Positions 27,444 to 36,416 of a stretch of DNA of 64,000 nt are shown here, in pieces (position 1 is the first letter of the stretch; every line of letters begins with the position of its first letter). This stretch comes from Alphaproteobacteria bacterium. GTDB taxonomy: Bacteria > Pseudomonadota > Alphaproteobacteria > CAAGCB01 > CAG-977. The notes under the pieces were generated by a model. The model saw only the letters and a program-made list of their open reading frames with translations, was not told where the DNA came from and made no database searches. A program made the translations under genes and the position numbers. The stretch is taken from contig CAAGEK010000025.1 of assembly GCA_900768845.1 (NCBI GenBank), positions 778 through 64,777 of the forward strand, read 5' to 3'.

Positions 27444-28392
27444 ACGCTCGGGCGTTCCCGCCTTGTATATGTGGGCTTTGGGCGTGCTGTATCTGACGGG
27501 GGCGGTTCTGTTGGGAAGCGTCGCGTATAAATTCCGTATGTATGCCAAAATGAACCGGCAACCGGAGCAAAGAAAGAACTCCGTCGTTGACACGATGTCA
27601 ATGACGGCCGTTTTGGCGGCGTGTTTTCCTTTTATGGTCACTTCTTCGGGACGGATCGATTCGGGTCGGGAAACGTTTTTGTTTTTCGGGTTGGGGATTT
27701 TCCTGATGCTGTTCGGAACGGGATGGCATTTAAAGGCGAAAAAGGACATCGGGCGGTTCTGGTCGGATCAAATCGAAGTGCAACACGAACACCGGCCGGT
27801 TTTTTCCGGAGCGTATGCGTTGGCAAGACACCCGATGTACGGATCTTTGGTTTTGTGGGGATGGGGGGCGGCTTTGGCGTTCGGGAACCTGCCCGCCTTT
27901 TGCATTGTGACGTTCGTGTTCCTGCCGATGACGGCTTACCGTGCGGCGCAAGAGGAAAAAGTCTTGGAAACCGTCTGTCCCGATTATGCGTTTTACCGCC
28001 GGAATGTCGGGCGGCTTCTGCCCGCGTTCGGCGGAACCGCGGCTCTTGCCGTTCGGGTGTCGGCAATCGTGTGGTTCGGGTGGGAGATTTTTGCAGGAAT
28101 CACGCCCGCCGCGTTATTCTTGCTGGTCTTTGTCCATTTAGCTTTGGGATATATGCTTAAACCCGACAATGTCGCTTTTTCCTACCGGTCGAAATCGGGA
28201 ATGATGCTGGTCGTTTACGCGGCGTCTTTGCTTTATGCGCCCGTTTATCATTTTTATTGGATCATATGGGCGATGTTTGTTTATTCCTTGCACGGCCGGT
28301 GTCCCTGTATGCGCGTTTACGACAAATACCACCGCTGTCCGTGCTTTGCACTGTTGGAAAAATGCCTGTTAAAAAAAGACCCCCGAAAATAA
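27418..28392 (+). CDS. ICMT/PEMT-family membrane methyltransferase with Cys-rich C-terminal extension
   Basis: The ATG at 27418 has an AGAGGGA RBS. The ICMT-type core is GRFWSDQIEVQHEHRPVFSGAYALARHPMYGSLVLWGWG. Extra TM helices follow, and the tail is HGRCPCMRVYDKYHRCPC. Confidence 0.75.
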   Translation: MEIIRTLAERSGVPALYMWALGVLYLTGAVLLGSVAYKFRMYAKMNRQPEQRKNSVVDTMSMTAVLAACFPFMVTSSGRIDSGRETFLFFGLGIFLMLFGTGWHLKAKKDIGRFWSDQIEVQHEHRPVFSGAYALARHPMYGSLVLWGWGAALAFGNLPAFCIVTFVFLPMTAYRAAQEEKVLETVCPDYAFYRRNVGRLLPAFGGTAALAVRVSAIVWFGWEIFAGITPAALFLLVFVHLALGYMLKPDNVAFSYRSKSGMMLVVYAASLLYAPVYHFYWIIWAMFVYSLHGRCPCMRVYDKYHRCPCFALLEKCLLKKDPRK

Positions 28393-28431
28393 ATCGGGGG
28401 CGAAGTTTAAAGGGATGAGAAAAACGGCATA

Positions 28432-31035
28432 TCAGCGTTTGATCGTCATCAGCTCTTCCAACATCGAATCGGACGTCGTGATGATTTTCGCCGCCGCCGA
28501 GTAGGCGCGCTGGGTTGTAATCATGTTGGTGAATTCCGTCGCGATGTCCGCCGTGGAATTTTCCAACGCGGTTCCCGTGATCGCTCCAGATCCCGCTTCT
28601 CCCGCCGTCCGCAAGGTCGGTTGGCCGGAACGGTCGGTTTCGATCCATGTGTTCCCCGTCAAAGCTTCCATGCTGTTGGGATCGACAAAGGTCGCCAGCG
28701 GCACTTGGGCGATCGGGCGGGTTTCGCCGTTGTCGAACAAAGCCGTTACGATGCCTTCCTCGCTGATGGTCACGCCGACATAACTGCCGTATTTCGCGCC
28801 GTCCTGCTTGATGTAGTTCGTCGTGTAGTCGCCGGCCAGATGCGTCAGGCCGTTTGCGGTGTTTACGTCGCCCATAAACAGGGAAAGCTTGTTGGATTCA
28901 TCATAATTGCCGGTCATGTCTTCCGCGCCCGTCGCCCATTCGATGGAAATGCTGTCGACATTGATGTATTTCGGCGTTCCGTCGGCGTTGAAGCATACGG
29001 CGGGAATGCGCGATCCCGTTTCCGCATCGGCCGTGGCGTTGAAAGTGAACGTTTTGGTCACGACCAAGGGATCTCCGGCGTCCAGCGTATCGATAACGCT
29101 TTGCTGGCCGTTGGTTTTGCCTTTTCCGCTGACGGCGGCTCCGATGCCGTCAAAGGTTTGGAGCGTACCGGTAACGGACGATGCGGTAATCAGGTTCGAT
29201 GTGGAAATCAACGTCGAACCGCTGGTCTGGAACAGGTTGTAGCGTTCCGGATCGGGATCGTTCGCATAGGCTTTTTTGATTGCGGCGTTCAAAGCGTTCA
29301 TAACGTTCGCCGCCGTTGTGTCTTCGCCCGTCGCAATGCCGCTGATGTCGATTTGCAACGGATTGGTCGGATCTGCGCCGGCGGTCATGAACGTATAGGT
29401 TTTGCCGTCCAAAGTCACCGTCTGATTGTCATAATCGGCAAGGTTGTTGCTGGTGAAATTGATCCGCGCCGAATTCGCCGAAGACACCAGAATCGGCGTT
29501 CCCGAAGAGCTTTGATGAATTTCGATCGATGTTCCGCTGGCGACGAAACGGACGGGATCGACCGACGTTTCGGTGATGCCGACGTTCAACAGGGAAACCA
29601 GCTTTTGCAGGTTGATTTTCCCGTTTTCGTCAATTGCGCCTTTCAAATCGACGCCGACATTGGGCTGGGTCGCCGTGACGGGCGGCGTCGCGGTGGAGTT
29701 CGTGAATTGAAAAATCGTCGATCCCAGCGTTATGGTTTTGCCTTCGTATGCGGCGACGTCCGTGCTTTTGAAATCAATCGTCGCAATGTTTTTGATGTCC
29801 CAGTCGATTTCGGGCAGTTTGAAACGTCCCGAAGCAATGCCCGTTTCAGGGTCGGGATTGGCGGCGGACTGGATGCAGCTGAGGCAGTTCGAGGCGTCGA
29901 ACGTAATCGCCGCTCCGCCCAAAGACTGCTCTACGCTGACTTTCGTGCCGTCGGGCGTAAAACGGTTGCCGTTGGGGACGGTCGCTTTGATGACGTTCGC
30001 AAAACGTTCGATGGCGTCGGCGACCGTGACAATGCCGGATTTGATGTCGACTTTGACCAGCGTTTCATCGGGCGACGGGGAATACGTCAACGTGTCGTCC
30101 GTCGTAAATTCAAAGATATACTTTTTATCGCCTTCGACTTCCATGGAAATGGTCGAATGGTTGGACGGGATTTTCGTAAATTCCAACTGTGCGCGTGCGG
30201 AATAAACGTCGGGAGTCGTATCCTGCGACACTTCGCGGTTGCCGTACGTTACCAAAGTCGCCGCGCCCGAAGGCATTTGAACGTCCAAACCCCATGCGTT
30301 GGGCTGTTCTTTGGTGTATTGGAAATTGACGTTATGCGAATTTCCCAGCGAATCATAAATCAGCACGGCCGTTTTATGGCGTCCGCCTTTTTCCGGAGCG
30401 GTCGGGTCGAAAACGGGATCGCTGGAAGGCAAATTCGCGCCCAGCTGGATGTTACGCGTCGGCGTCGCACTGCCGCCGATGGTGGACAGGCTGATCGGTT
30501 TGAGGTTCGTGCTGTCAATGATGTTGTCGTTGACATAAACCGTATTTCCCAAGTCGTTTTTGTAGGCTTTCATATAATAGTTGTCGCCGACTTTGACGAC
30601 CGAAGCGTTCGGGGAACCGTCGTAAGGCAACAAAGTCCATCCTTGCAGATAATAGCCCCCCGTATTGACCAGATAGCCTTCACGGTCTTTTTGGAACGAT
30701 CCGGCACGCGTGTATCCCCACATATCGTTCGCTCCGGGGTTTGCGGCTTCGTTGACGACGAAAAAGCCCTGACCGGAAATGGCCATATCCGTCGAATACG
30801 ACGAAGACGACAGCAAACCTTGCGCGTCAATGCCCGAACTGGGGCGGCACTGGACGCCGCCGCACGAATACTGGGTCGTTGAAACCTGTTTGGTTACCAG
30901 CGTCGAAAATTTCGCCGTCGTCGCTTTGTAACCCGTCGTATTGATGTTTGCCACGTTATCGGAAATAATTCCCATCGCGCTGGCTTGCGAAGTCAATCCG
31001 GACACGCCGGATTTTAAAGCTCCGAATAAAGTCAT
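28432..31035 (-). CDS. flgE: flagellar hook protein FlgE (unusually large, 867 aa)
   Basis: The N-terminus SGVSGLTSQASAMGIISDNVANINTTGYK and the C-terminus ALENSTADIATEFTNMITTQRAYSAAAKIITTSDSMLEELM are hook/rod-family termini. A very long central insertion separates them. Confidence 0.93.
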   Translation of the reverse strand: MTLFGALKSGVSGLTSQASAMGIISDNVANINTTGYKATTAKFSTLVTKQVSTTQYSCGGVQCRPSSGIDAQGLLSSSSYSTDMAISGQGFFVVNEAANPGANDMWGYTRAGSFQKDREGYLVNTGGYYLQGWTLLPYDGSPNASVVKVGDNYYMKAYKNDLGNTVYVNDNIIDSTNLKPISLSTIGGSATPTRNIQLGANLPSSDPVFDPTAPEKGGRHKTAVLIYDSLGNSHNVNFQYTKEQPNAWGLDVQMPSGAATLVTYGNREVSQDTTPDVYSARAQLEFTKIPSNHSTISMEVEGDKKYIFEFTTDDTLTYSPSPDETLVKVDIKSGIVTVADAIERFANVIKATVPNGNRFTPDGTKVSVEQSLGGAAITFDASNCLSCIQSAANPDPETGIASGRFKLPEIDWDIKNIATIDFKSTDVAAYEGKTITLGSTIFQFTNSTATPPVTATQPNVGVDLKGAIDENGKINLQKLVSLLNVGITETSVDPVRFVASGTSIEIHQSSSGTPILVSSANSARINFTSNNLADYDNQTVTLDGKTYTFMTAGADPTNPLQIDISGIATGEDTTAANVMNALNAAIKKAYANDPDPERYNLFQTSGSTLISTSNLITASSVTGTLQTFDGIGAAVSGKGKTNGQQSVIDTLDAGDPLVVTKTFTFNATADAETGSRIPAVCFNADGTPKYINVDSISIEWATGAEDMTGNYDESNKLSLFMGDVNTANGLTHLAGDYTTNYIKQDGAKYGSYVGVTISEEGIVTALFDNGETRPIAQVPLATFVDPNSMEALTGNTWIETDRSGQPTLRTAGEAGSGAITGTALENSTADIATEFTNMITTQRAYSAAAKIITTSDSMLEELMTIKR

Positions 31036-31140
31036 GTTTCTCTCCCTTTAATCAGGTCTTTTTCCGGTGTTTCCTGCCGGTAAAAGACTTTTATTTCACC
31101 GCTTGTCTCTTTCTGTCCCGCGGCGTTTGTTTTATTGTTT

Positions 31141-31914
31141 CTATGCCGCTTCGACGTTTTCGGGCGGTGTTTCCGTATCAGGCGGTACGACGTCCCCTTT
31201 GTCCGGATTTTCGGGAACCAGAACGTCTTTACCGTGGATTGCAAGAACGCTGTTCATGTTGACGACGACGTCGCCCATGCCGAGGGCGATCACATCGCCG
31301 TCGTAAGCGACGCCCGTAACCTTGCCGTAAGCGGTTGTCGTGATGCCGACTTCCGAATCGTCCTTGCTTGTCGCCGAAACGACGATTTTATATGCGCCGT
31401 CGGGCAATTTCTGCCCGTCGTTGTCGGTTCCGTCCCAATCGATGACGTGACGGCCGGAGGTCAGTTCGCCCGTGAACGTTTTGACAAAGTTCCCGTCGGA
31501 ATCCTGCAAGGCGACGACGCAGGAAGCCGCTTCCTTGTCCGTGATGTATGCGAATTTTGCAAAACCGTCTTGCAAGGGGACGTAACTCGTTTGAGATTGT
31601 ACGACCTGATCCATGTAACTGACGGCCTGACTGGACATTCCGGCATTGTTTTGGGAAATGATCGTTTCCAGATAGCTGTTGGTTTGAATGGTTTGTTCGA
31701 CTTCCGCATATTGAACCAGCTGGTTGGTGAATTCGCTGGAATCCATCGGCGAAAGGGGATCCTGATATTTCAACTGGGTCGTCAGAAGGTAAAGAAACGA
31801 ATTCATGTCTTCCGACAGCTTTAACGCCGAAGACGTCGAATCCTTCCCTTTTTCCACCGCATCATTCAAAGCCTGCGTGCCGGTCAAAGCCGATGTCGAA
31901 GAAACGTCGCTCAT
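31141..31914 (-). CDS. flgD: flagellar hook assembly/capping protein FlgD
   Basis: 257 aa with FLYLLTTQLKYQDPLSPMDSSEFTNQLVQYAEVEQ. Confidence 0.93.
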   Translation of the reverse strand: MSDVSSTSALTGTQALNDAVEKGKDSTSSALKLSEDMNSFLYLLTTQLKYQDPLSPMDSSEFTNQLVQYAEVEQTIQTNSYLETIISQNNAGMSSQAVSYMDQVVQSQTSYVPLQDGFAKFAYITDKEAASCVVALQDSDGNFVKTFTGELTSGRHVIDWDGTDNDGQKLPDGAYKIVVSATSKDDSEVGITTTAYGKVTGVAYDGDVIALGMGDVVVNMNSVLAIHGKDVLVPENPDKGDVVPPDTETPPENVEAA

Positions 31915-31930
31915 GACAAATCCTCCCTAC

Positions 31931-33898
31931 TTAAACCCGAATGTTCAAGGCGTGGCGGGACGTCCACCCCGAAGCGATCAGGGCTTCGGTCAAATCGTCC
32001 GCTTCGCCGTTCGCCGTTTCGGGCGCGTTGAACGCCTGAGCCTGATGATCGCTGCCGCGGCGGCCGTTCTGTGCGAATTGACTTGCATCTTGTTGCTGTT
32101 GTTCGCCGCGATAGCTGAAATTGAAAGCGTTGTCGTCCGTTTTCAAACCCGCTTCCGCCAAAGCCTGTTTCAAAACCGAGGCGTCTTTTTGCAACATATC
32201 CAAAGTTTCGGGACGGCTGGCGATGATTGACGCTTTGATGTTTCCGCGACCGTCCGTTTCCAACCTGACCTGAATGTTGCCCAGTTCCTTGGGTTTCAGA
32301 TTGATGTTGATTTTTTCGACGCCTTCTTTGGCGGCTTTGGAAATACGGACTTTGATCTGGTCGACCAGCTCGTTTGTCGGGATGTTCGGCTTGGCGGCGG
32401 CATTTCCGGCCGTGGCTTTACCTTTCAAAACGTCGTTCCGCACGGCAAAGGCGGACGTATCCGCCGCGGAAGCGGGCGAAGACGCCGAAACTCCGGAAAC
32501 GCCTTCAGCCGTTCCGCTTTTCACCGCGCTTGCAAAATCCTGAGATTGAACGGGAGCCGTTCCGTTCGTTGCGATTGTGACGTTGTTTTGAGGCTGAGCC
32601 GTTTGAAAAGAGCCGTTTCTTGAATTTTGACCGTTATCGGCGTTCCGTTCCGGCACGTTTTCTTCGGGAAGAACCGCTTCGAGCGTTTCCGTCGGAGCCG
32701 CGCTTTGTTTTACGGCCGCCGTTACGGTTTCTTCGGCCGGAGCTTCCCGTGTCGTGCGCACGGATTTGGCAAGCGTTTCGACGGCGGGGGAGGCGTCCTG
32801 AACCGTTTCGCCGGAAAAAGCCGCGACGTTGTTTTCGGTTGCGGAAGAGCGTGACTGCAAAACCGCCGCCGGACGTTCGGAAACCTTTTCGGCTTTGTCA
32901 AAGGCAAAGAGGGCTTCTTCCGTTTCGGGGGCGTCAATGTCGTTATGCACTTCGGTCATTTCGATTTTTAATTTCGTGTTTGCGGGCAATGCCTGAGCCA
33001 GATTGTCCGCTTGAGCCGTCGCCGTCGCGCCGTGCGTTTCGGAAACGTCCCGTCCGGCGGCCGCGTTTGCTTCATTCGCGGGAGCGGAGCCGGAGGGGGC
33101 TTGTGTTTGCGGCATTTCCGCCGAGACGGTTTTCTCTTCCCCTTGTTCCGTCAAAGCGGAAAAGTCCGTTTCTTTTGCGGAAAGGGAGGGCGTCGCCGAA
33201 GCCTTGTCCGTTTCGGCGGTTTTTTCCGGTGCTTCGGTTCGTGCGACGGGCGCGAGCGGTTCATTTGCGTTGACGTCCGTATCCGAAAGCGGAAAAACCG
33301 TTTCATTTTCCGCGCCGGCCTGTTCCGTGCGGACTTCAACGCCTTCGCCTTCCGCTATAACCGGTTGCGCTTGAATCTCGGCGACCGGAGCGGCAACCGA
33401 AGCTAAAACGGCGGTCAAAGCTTTTGTTTCCTCATCCGTTTCGTCGGTTTCCGTCTTGTCCGTTACGGTGTTTCGGGCTTCATCCGCCTTTATTGTGCCG
33501 GCGTTATCCGAAAAAGCGGATTTGTCTTCCTTTTCCGGTTCTTCGGAAGAGGTATTTTTTGCAACGCCGTCGTTTTGGGCGGGAATCTTTTGCCCATCCG
33601 TTTGCGTTTTCGTGTTTTTCTGCGGCCGGCTTTCGGTTTTTGCATCCGTTTTGTCCGCCTTTTTCTCAACGGAGGTCTTCGCCGCCGTTTTTTGTCCGAC
33701 GTCTTTGAATGCCGTTTTGGCGTTCGTCTGTTCCGTCATGTGCGACAGCACGTTGTGCGCGGAACGTTCCTGTGTCGATCCGGAAACACGCAAATTGTCC
33801 AGCAAAGACAGGAAAACGTCGCTTGTTTCCTGAACGTTGATTTTTTGCGCAAAGGGGGCGTTCGGTTGTTTATTATATTTAACGGCGGATACATCCAT
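31931..33898 (-). CDS. fliK: flagellar hook-length control protein FliK
   Basis: 655 aa with a low-complexity Ala/Glu/Thr/Pro-rich body and the C-terminal Flg_hook-type block ININLKPKELGNIQVRLETDGRGNIKASIIASRPETLDMLQKDASVLKQALAEAGL. It lies upstream of flgD-flgE. Confidence 0.85.
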   Translation of the reverse strand: MDVSAVKYNKQPNAPFAQKINVQETSDVFLSLLDNLRVSGSTQERSAHNVLSHMTEQTNAKTAFKDVGQKTAAKTSVEKKADKTDAKTESRPQKNTKTQTDGQKIPAQNDGVAKNTSSEEPEKEDKSAFSDNAGTIKADEARNTVTDKTETDETDEETKALTAVLASVAAPVAEIQAQPVIAEGEGVEVRTEQAGAENETVFPLSDTDVNANEPLAPVARTEAPEKTAETDKASATPSLSAKETDFSALTEQGEEKTVSAEMPQTQAPSGSAPANEANAAAGRDVSETHGATATAQADNLAQALPANTKLKIEMTEVHNDIDAPETEEALFAFDKAEKVSERPAAVLQSRSSATENNVAAFSGETVQDASPAVETLAKSVRTTREAPAEETVTAAVKQSAAPTETLEAVLPEENVPERNADNGQNSRNGSFQTAQPQNNVTIATNGTAPVQSQDFASAVKSGTAEGVSGVSASSPASAADTSAFAVRNDVLKGKATAGNAAAKPNIPTNELVDQIKVRISKAAKEGVEKININLKPKELGNIQVRLETDGRGNIKASIIASRPETLDMLQKDASVLKQALAEAGLKTDDNAFNFSYRGEQQQQDASQFAQNGRRGSDHQAQAFNAPETANGEADDLTEALIASGWTSRHALNIRV

Positions 33899-33936
33899 GA
33901 TTTTCTTCCCTGTGAAGCAATAACCGATAAAACATA

Positions 33937-33952
33937 TGCAATCGGCGTGCCA
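33937..33952 (-). promoter_or_regulatory. sigma-54 (RpoN) promoter of the fliK-flgD-flgE operon
   Basis: The minus strand reads TGGCACGCCGATTGCA, an exact TGGCAC-N5-TTGCA. The -12 element is about 40 nt upstream of the fliK ATG, and an FlbD-type activator is encoded in the window. Confidence 0.8.
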
Positions 33953-33976
33953 AATTTAAATCGGAAGGGAAGATAT

Positions 33977-34008
33977 AAAAAAAAGCCCTCCGGAAAGGAG
34001 GGCTTTTG
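33977..34008 (-). terminator. rho-independent terminator downstream of rpsD
   Basis: GCCCTCC (33985-33991) pairs with GGAGGGC (33997-34003), followed on the minus strand by a run of 8 T. Confidence 0.8.
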
Positions 34009-34024
34009 TAAAGGAAACGCCGGA

Positions 34025-34639
34025 TTAACGGGAATAGAATTCGACGACCAGATTCGGTTCCATCTGTACGGGGTAGGGAACATCAGCCAGTTTCGGCGTG
34101 TGCAGGAAAGTCCCCTTGCACGCTTTCTGATCGACTTCCATATATTCGGGAATTTCGCGTTCCGTCGATCCCTGAGCTTCGATAACGCAAGCCAGCTGGC
34201 GGGATTTTTCGCGGACTTCGATGACGTCGCCTTCTTTGACCAGATAGGAAGGAATGTTGACGCGCTTTCCGTTGACCAGAATGTGACCGTGATTGACGAA
34301 CTGACGGGAAGCGAAAACGGTCGGTACGAATTTCATACGGTAAACGACGGCGTCCAAACGGGTTTCCAACAAACCGATCAGGTTTTCGGACGTGTCACCC
34401 GTGCGACGGATGGCTTCGGCATAGTACTTGCGCAACTGTTTTTCGGAAACATTGCCGTAATAGCCCTTCAATTTCTGCTTTGCCAGCAATTGCGTGCCGT
34501 AATCGGTCGGTTTCCCCTTGTGCTGTCCGTGCTGTCCGGGGCCGTATTCACGTTTGTTGACGGGGCTTTTCGCACGTCCCCACAGGTTCAATCCCAGACG
34601 GCGGTTGATTTTGTATTTGGCGGCTAAACGCTTAGACAT
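34025..34639 (-). CDS. rpsD: 30S ribosomal protein S4
   Basis: 204 aa with [22 protein letters not shown] and the S4 RNA-binding domain [38 protein letters not shown]. Confidence 0.97.
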   Translation of the reverse strand: MSKRLAAKYKINRRLGLNLWGRAKSPVNKREYGPGQHGQHKGKPTDYGTQLLAKQKLKGYYGNVSEKQLRKYYAEAIRRTGDTSENLIGLLETRLDAVVYRMKFVPTVFASRQFVNHGHILVNGKRVNIPSYLVKEGDVIEVREKSRQLACVIEAQGSTEREIPEYMEVDQKACKGTFLHTPKLADVPYPVQMEPNLVVEFYSR

Positions 34640-34764
34640 GATTTTTTCTCCGTTTCATTTGTTATTGTCCCGATAGTCCGTTCCGCGGAATGCGGCGGCG
34701 GGGCGGCTTTGCGCCCTCTTTCTCGGAAGTAGCGGCATCATACCCGATTTGACGGCGTTGTCAA

Positions 34765-34796
34765 TGAAAAAAGCCGCCCGAAACGTCCGGACGGCT
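34765..34796 (-). terminator. rho-independent terminator downstream of mlaC
   Basis: On the minus strand, hairpin GCCGTCCGG/TCGGGCGGC (with G:U pairs) is followed by CTTTTTT. Confidence 0.6.
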
Positions 34797-34810
34797 TCTT
34801 TCGCGACGGC

Positions 34811-35422
34811 TTATTTCTTTTTCGGATTGCGCAGGGCTTCGTTCTTTTGGTTCAACAGATTGATTAAAATCTGCAAATCGCCGTTGCTTTGCTGTAATAC
34901 CGAAGAATATTCGTTGCGATAGCTCAACAGCATACTGACGCCTTCGACGACCAAATCCGACAAGGTCAGTTTGTCGTTTTTGGCGTTGATGCGCCAGATG
35001 ATTTCAATGTCGTTTTCGGTGTCCGGAACGTCCAAAGAAGATGTGACGTAAAAATCGTTCTTGTCTTGCCGCACACTTTTAAACTTGACGGATTCGCCCG
35101 CATAACTTCCGAAGCGATCCGCCCACGTCAGGATGATGTTATCGGTGAACGCTTTGGTGAAGGCGTCGATTTGTTCCTTGTCCGCGGTTCTCGCGTAACG
35201 CCCCAAAGTGAATCGGGCGATTTTGTTAATGTCCGTCGCGCCCAAAAAGATTTTGCGGAAAGCCGTGCGCTTTTCGGCGGAGGGGGCGGAGGATTTTACG
35301 ACCTGCGTCATTATTCTATCGGCCAGCGTTTCGGCAAAGGCCTGCGCCTGTTGCGTATCCGCGGCTTGTACGGGGAAAGCCGTAAAAAAGGCCAGAAGGG
35401 TGCAAATAAGATGTTTCATCAT
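34811..35422 (-). CDS. mlaC: phospholipid-binding periplasmic protein MlaC (Ttg2D family)
   Basis: Signal peptide MMKHLICTLLAFFTAFPVQA and a MlaC-like block FRKIFLGATDINKIARFTLGRYARTADKEQIDAFTKAF. It is adjacent to mlaA. Confidence 0.8.
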   Translation of the reverse strand: MMKHLICTLLAFFTAFPVQAADTQQAQAFAETLADRIMTQVVKSSAPSAEKRTAFRKIFLGATDINKIARFTLGRYARTADKEQIDAFTKAFTDNIILTWADRFGSYAGESVKFKSVRQDKNDFYVTSSLDVPDTENDIEIIWRINAKNDKLTLSDLVVEGVSMLLSYRNEYSSVLQQSNGDLQILINLLNQKNEALRNPKKK

Positions 35423-35428
35423 TTTCCG

Positions 35429-36226
35429 TTATTCCCAATCGTCTTCGTCGTCAAAAGAAAATTCATAAGACTGTTTCGCCGGTTCGTCCGCGGACGAAGC
35501 CTGAGCTTTTTGCATTGCGGCGCGCCTGAATTGCTGGTGCATGGATCTCATGTACGCGTAAAAATCCAGCGAATTTTTTTTCGCGTCGTCCATCAAATCG
35601 ACGACGTTTTCATAAGAAACGACCGCCTCCAACACATCCACGCCCAAAGACAGGGCAAAGACAGTGTCGTTATCCTTGTACGCGGCCAGATATGTGACGG
35701 GATCCAAGAAAATGTCCGCCACCATTCCCGTCGCGTCGCGAATGTTGGAAGGGCCGAGCAAAGGCAACATCAGATACGGCCCCGACGGAACCCCCCAAAC
35801 GCCCAGCGTGTTTGCGAACCCTTCGGTATGCGGGGCGATTCCCAACCTGTCCGCCACGTCGAAGACGCCGAAAAATCCCAATGTCGTATTTATGGTGAAA
35901 CGGGACAGGGAACGCCCCGCGTTTGCAAAATTCAGCTGTAAAACGTCGTTGACGACCGTCAAAGGCGTTTTCAGGTTGGCGAAAAAAGTGCGGACGTTTT
36001 TGCGGAAATCGGGCGTCGTGATATAGCGGTATCCGTTGATTACGGGACGCATGACATACTTGTCCGCACGCAGGTTGAATGCGAAAATCTGGCGGTTCAA
36101 CGGTTCCAACGGATCGTTGTTCGCCTCGAAAACGGCGCGTTCACGCGGGTTTTCGGGGACGGTCGCGCACGACGAAAGAAACAGTGCCGACACAATCAAT
36201 ATTATCGTGGTTGAAAAGCGTTTCAT
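35429..36226 (-). CDS. mlaA: outer-membrane lipoprotein MlaA (VacJ)
   Basis: Lipobox LFLSSC and VacJ motifs DPLEPLNRQIFAFN and GPYLMLPLLGPSNIRD. Confidence 0.9.
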   Translation of the reverse strand: MKRFSTTIILIVSALFLSSCATVPENPRERAVFEANNDPLEPLNRQIFAFNLRADKYVMRPVINGYRYITTPDFRKNVRTFFANLKTPLTVVNDVLQLNFANAGRSLSRFTINTTLGFFGVFDVADRLGIAPHTEGFANTLGVWGVPSGPYLMLPLLGPSNIRDATGMVADIFLDPVTYLAAYKDNDTVFALSLGVDVLEAVVSYENVVDLMDDAKKNSLDFYAYMRSMHQQFRRAAMQKAQASSADEPAKQSYEFSFDDEDDWE

Positions 36227-36416
36227 TTCGTGTCCCGCATTCGGCTGCCGCCGGTTTGAATTTTAGAAGACGAGAATGGACTCGAAACCGGAAAGTGTCA
36301 ATGTTTTTTATAGGAAGATATAGAAACTTTAACGTGTCGGGGCTGAAAAATTCGGGTGGCGTTTTATTTTCGACCGATGTAGTCTTTTCTGAATCGAAAC
36401 CGGAAAAGAGGTATGA

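Noticed and set aside
28621-30882. 753-aa ORF antisense to flgE
   Set aside because: It is a shadow ORF opposite a gene with clear hook-protein termini. The sequence is Arg/Gly/Val-rich and low in information.
36283-36407. Direct repeat TCGAAACCGGAAA (two copies) upstream of the MetH-activation-like gene, considered as a riboswitch or operator
   Set aside because: No B12-box or SAM-riboswitch core is recognisable. Two short copies are compatible with chance or a simple operator, so there is not enough to call.
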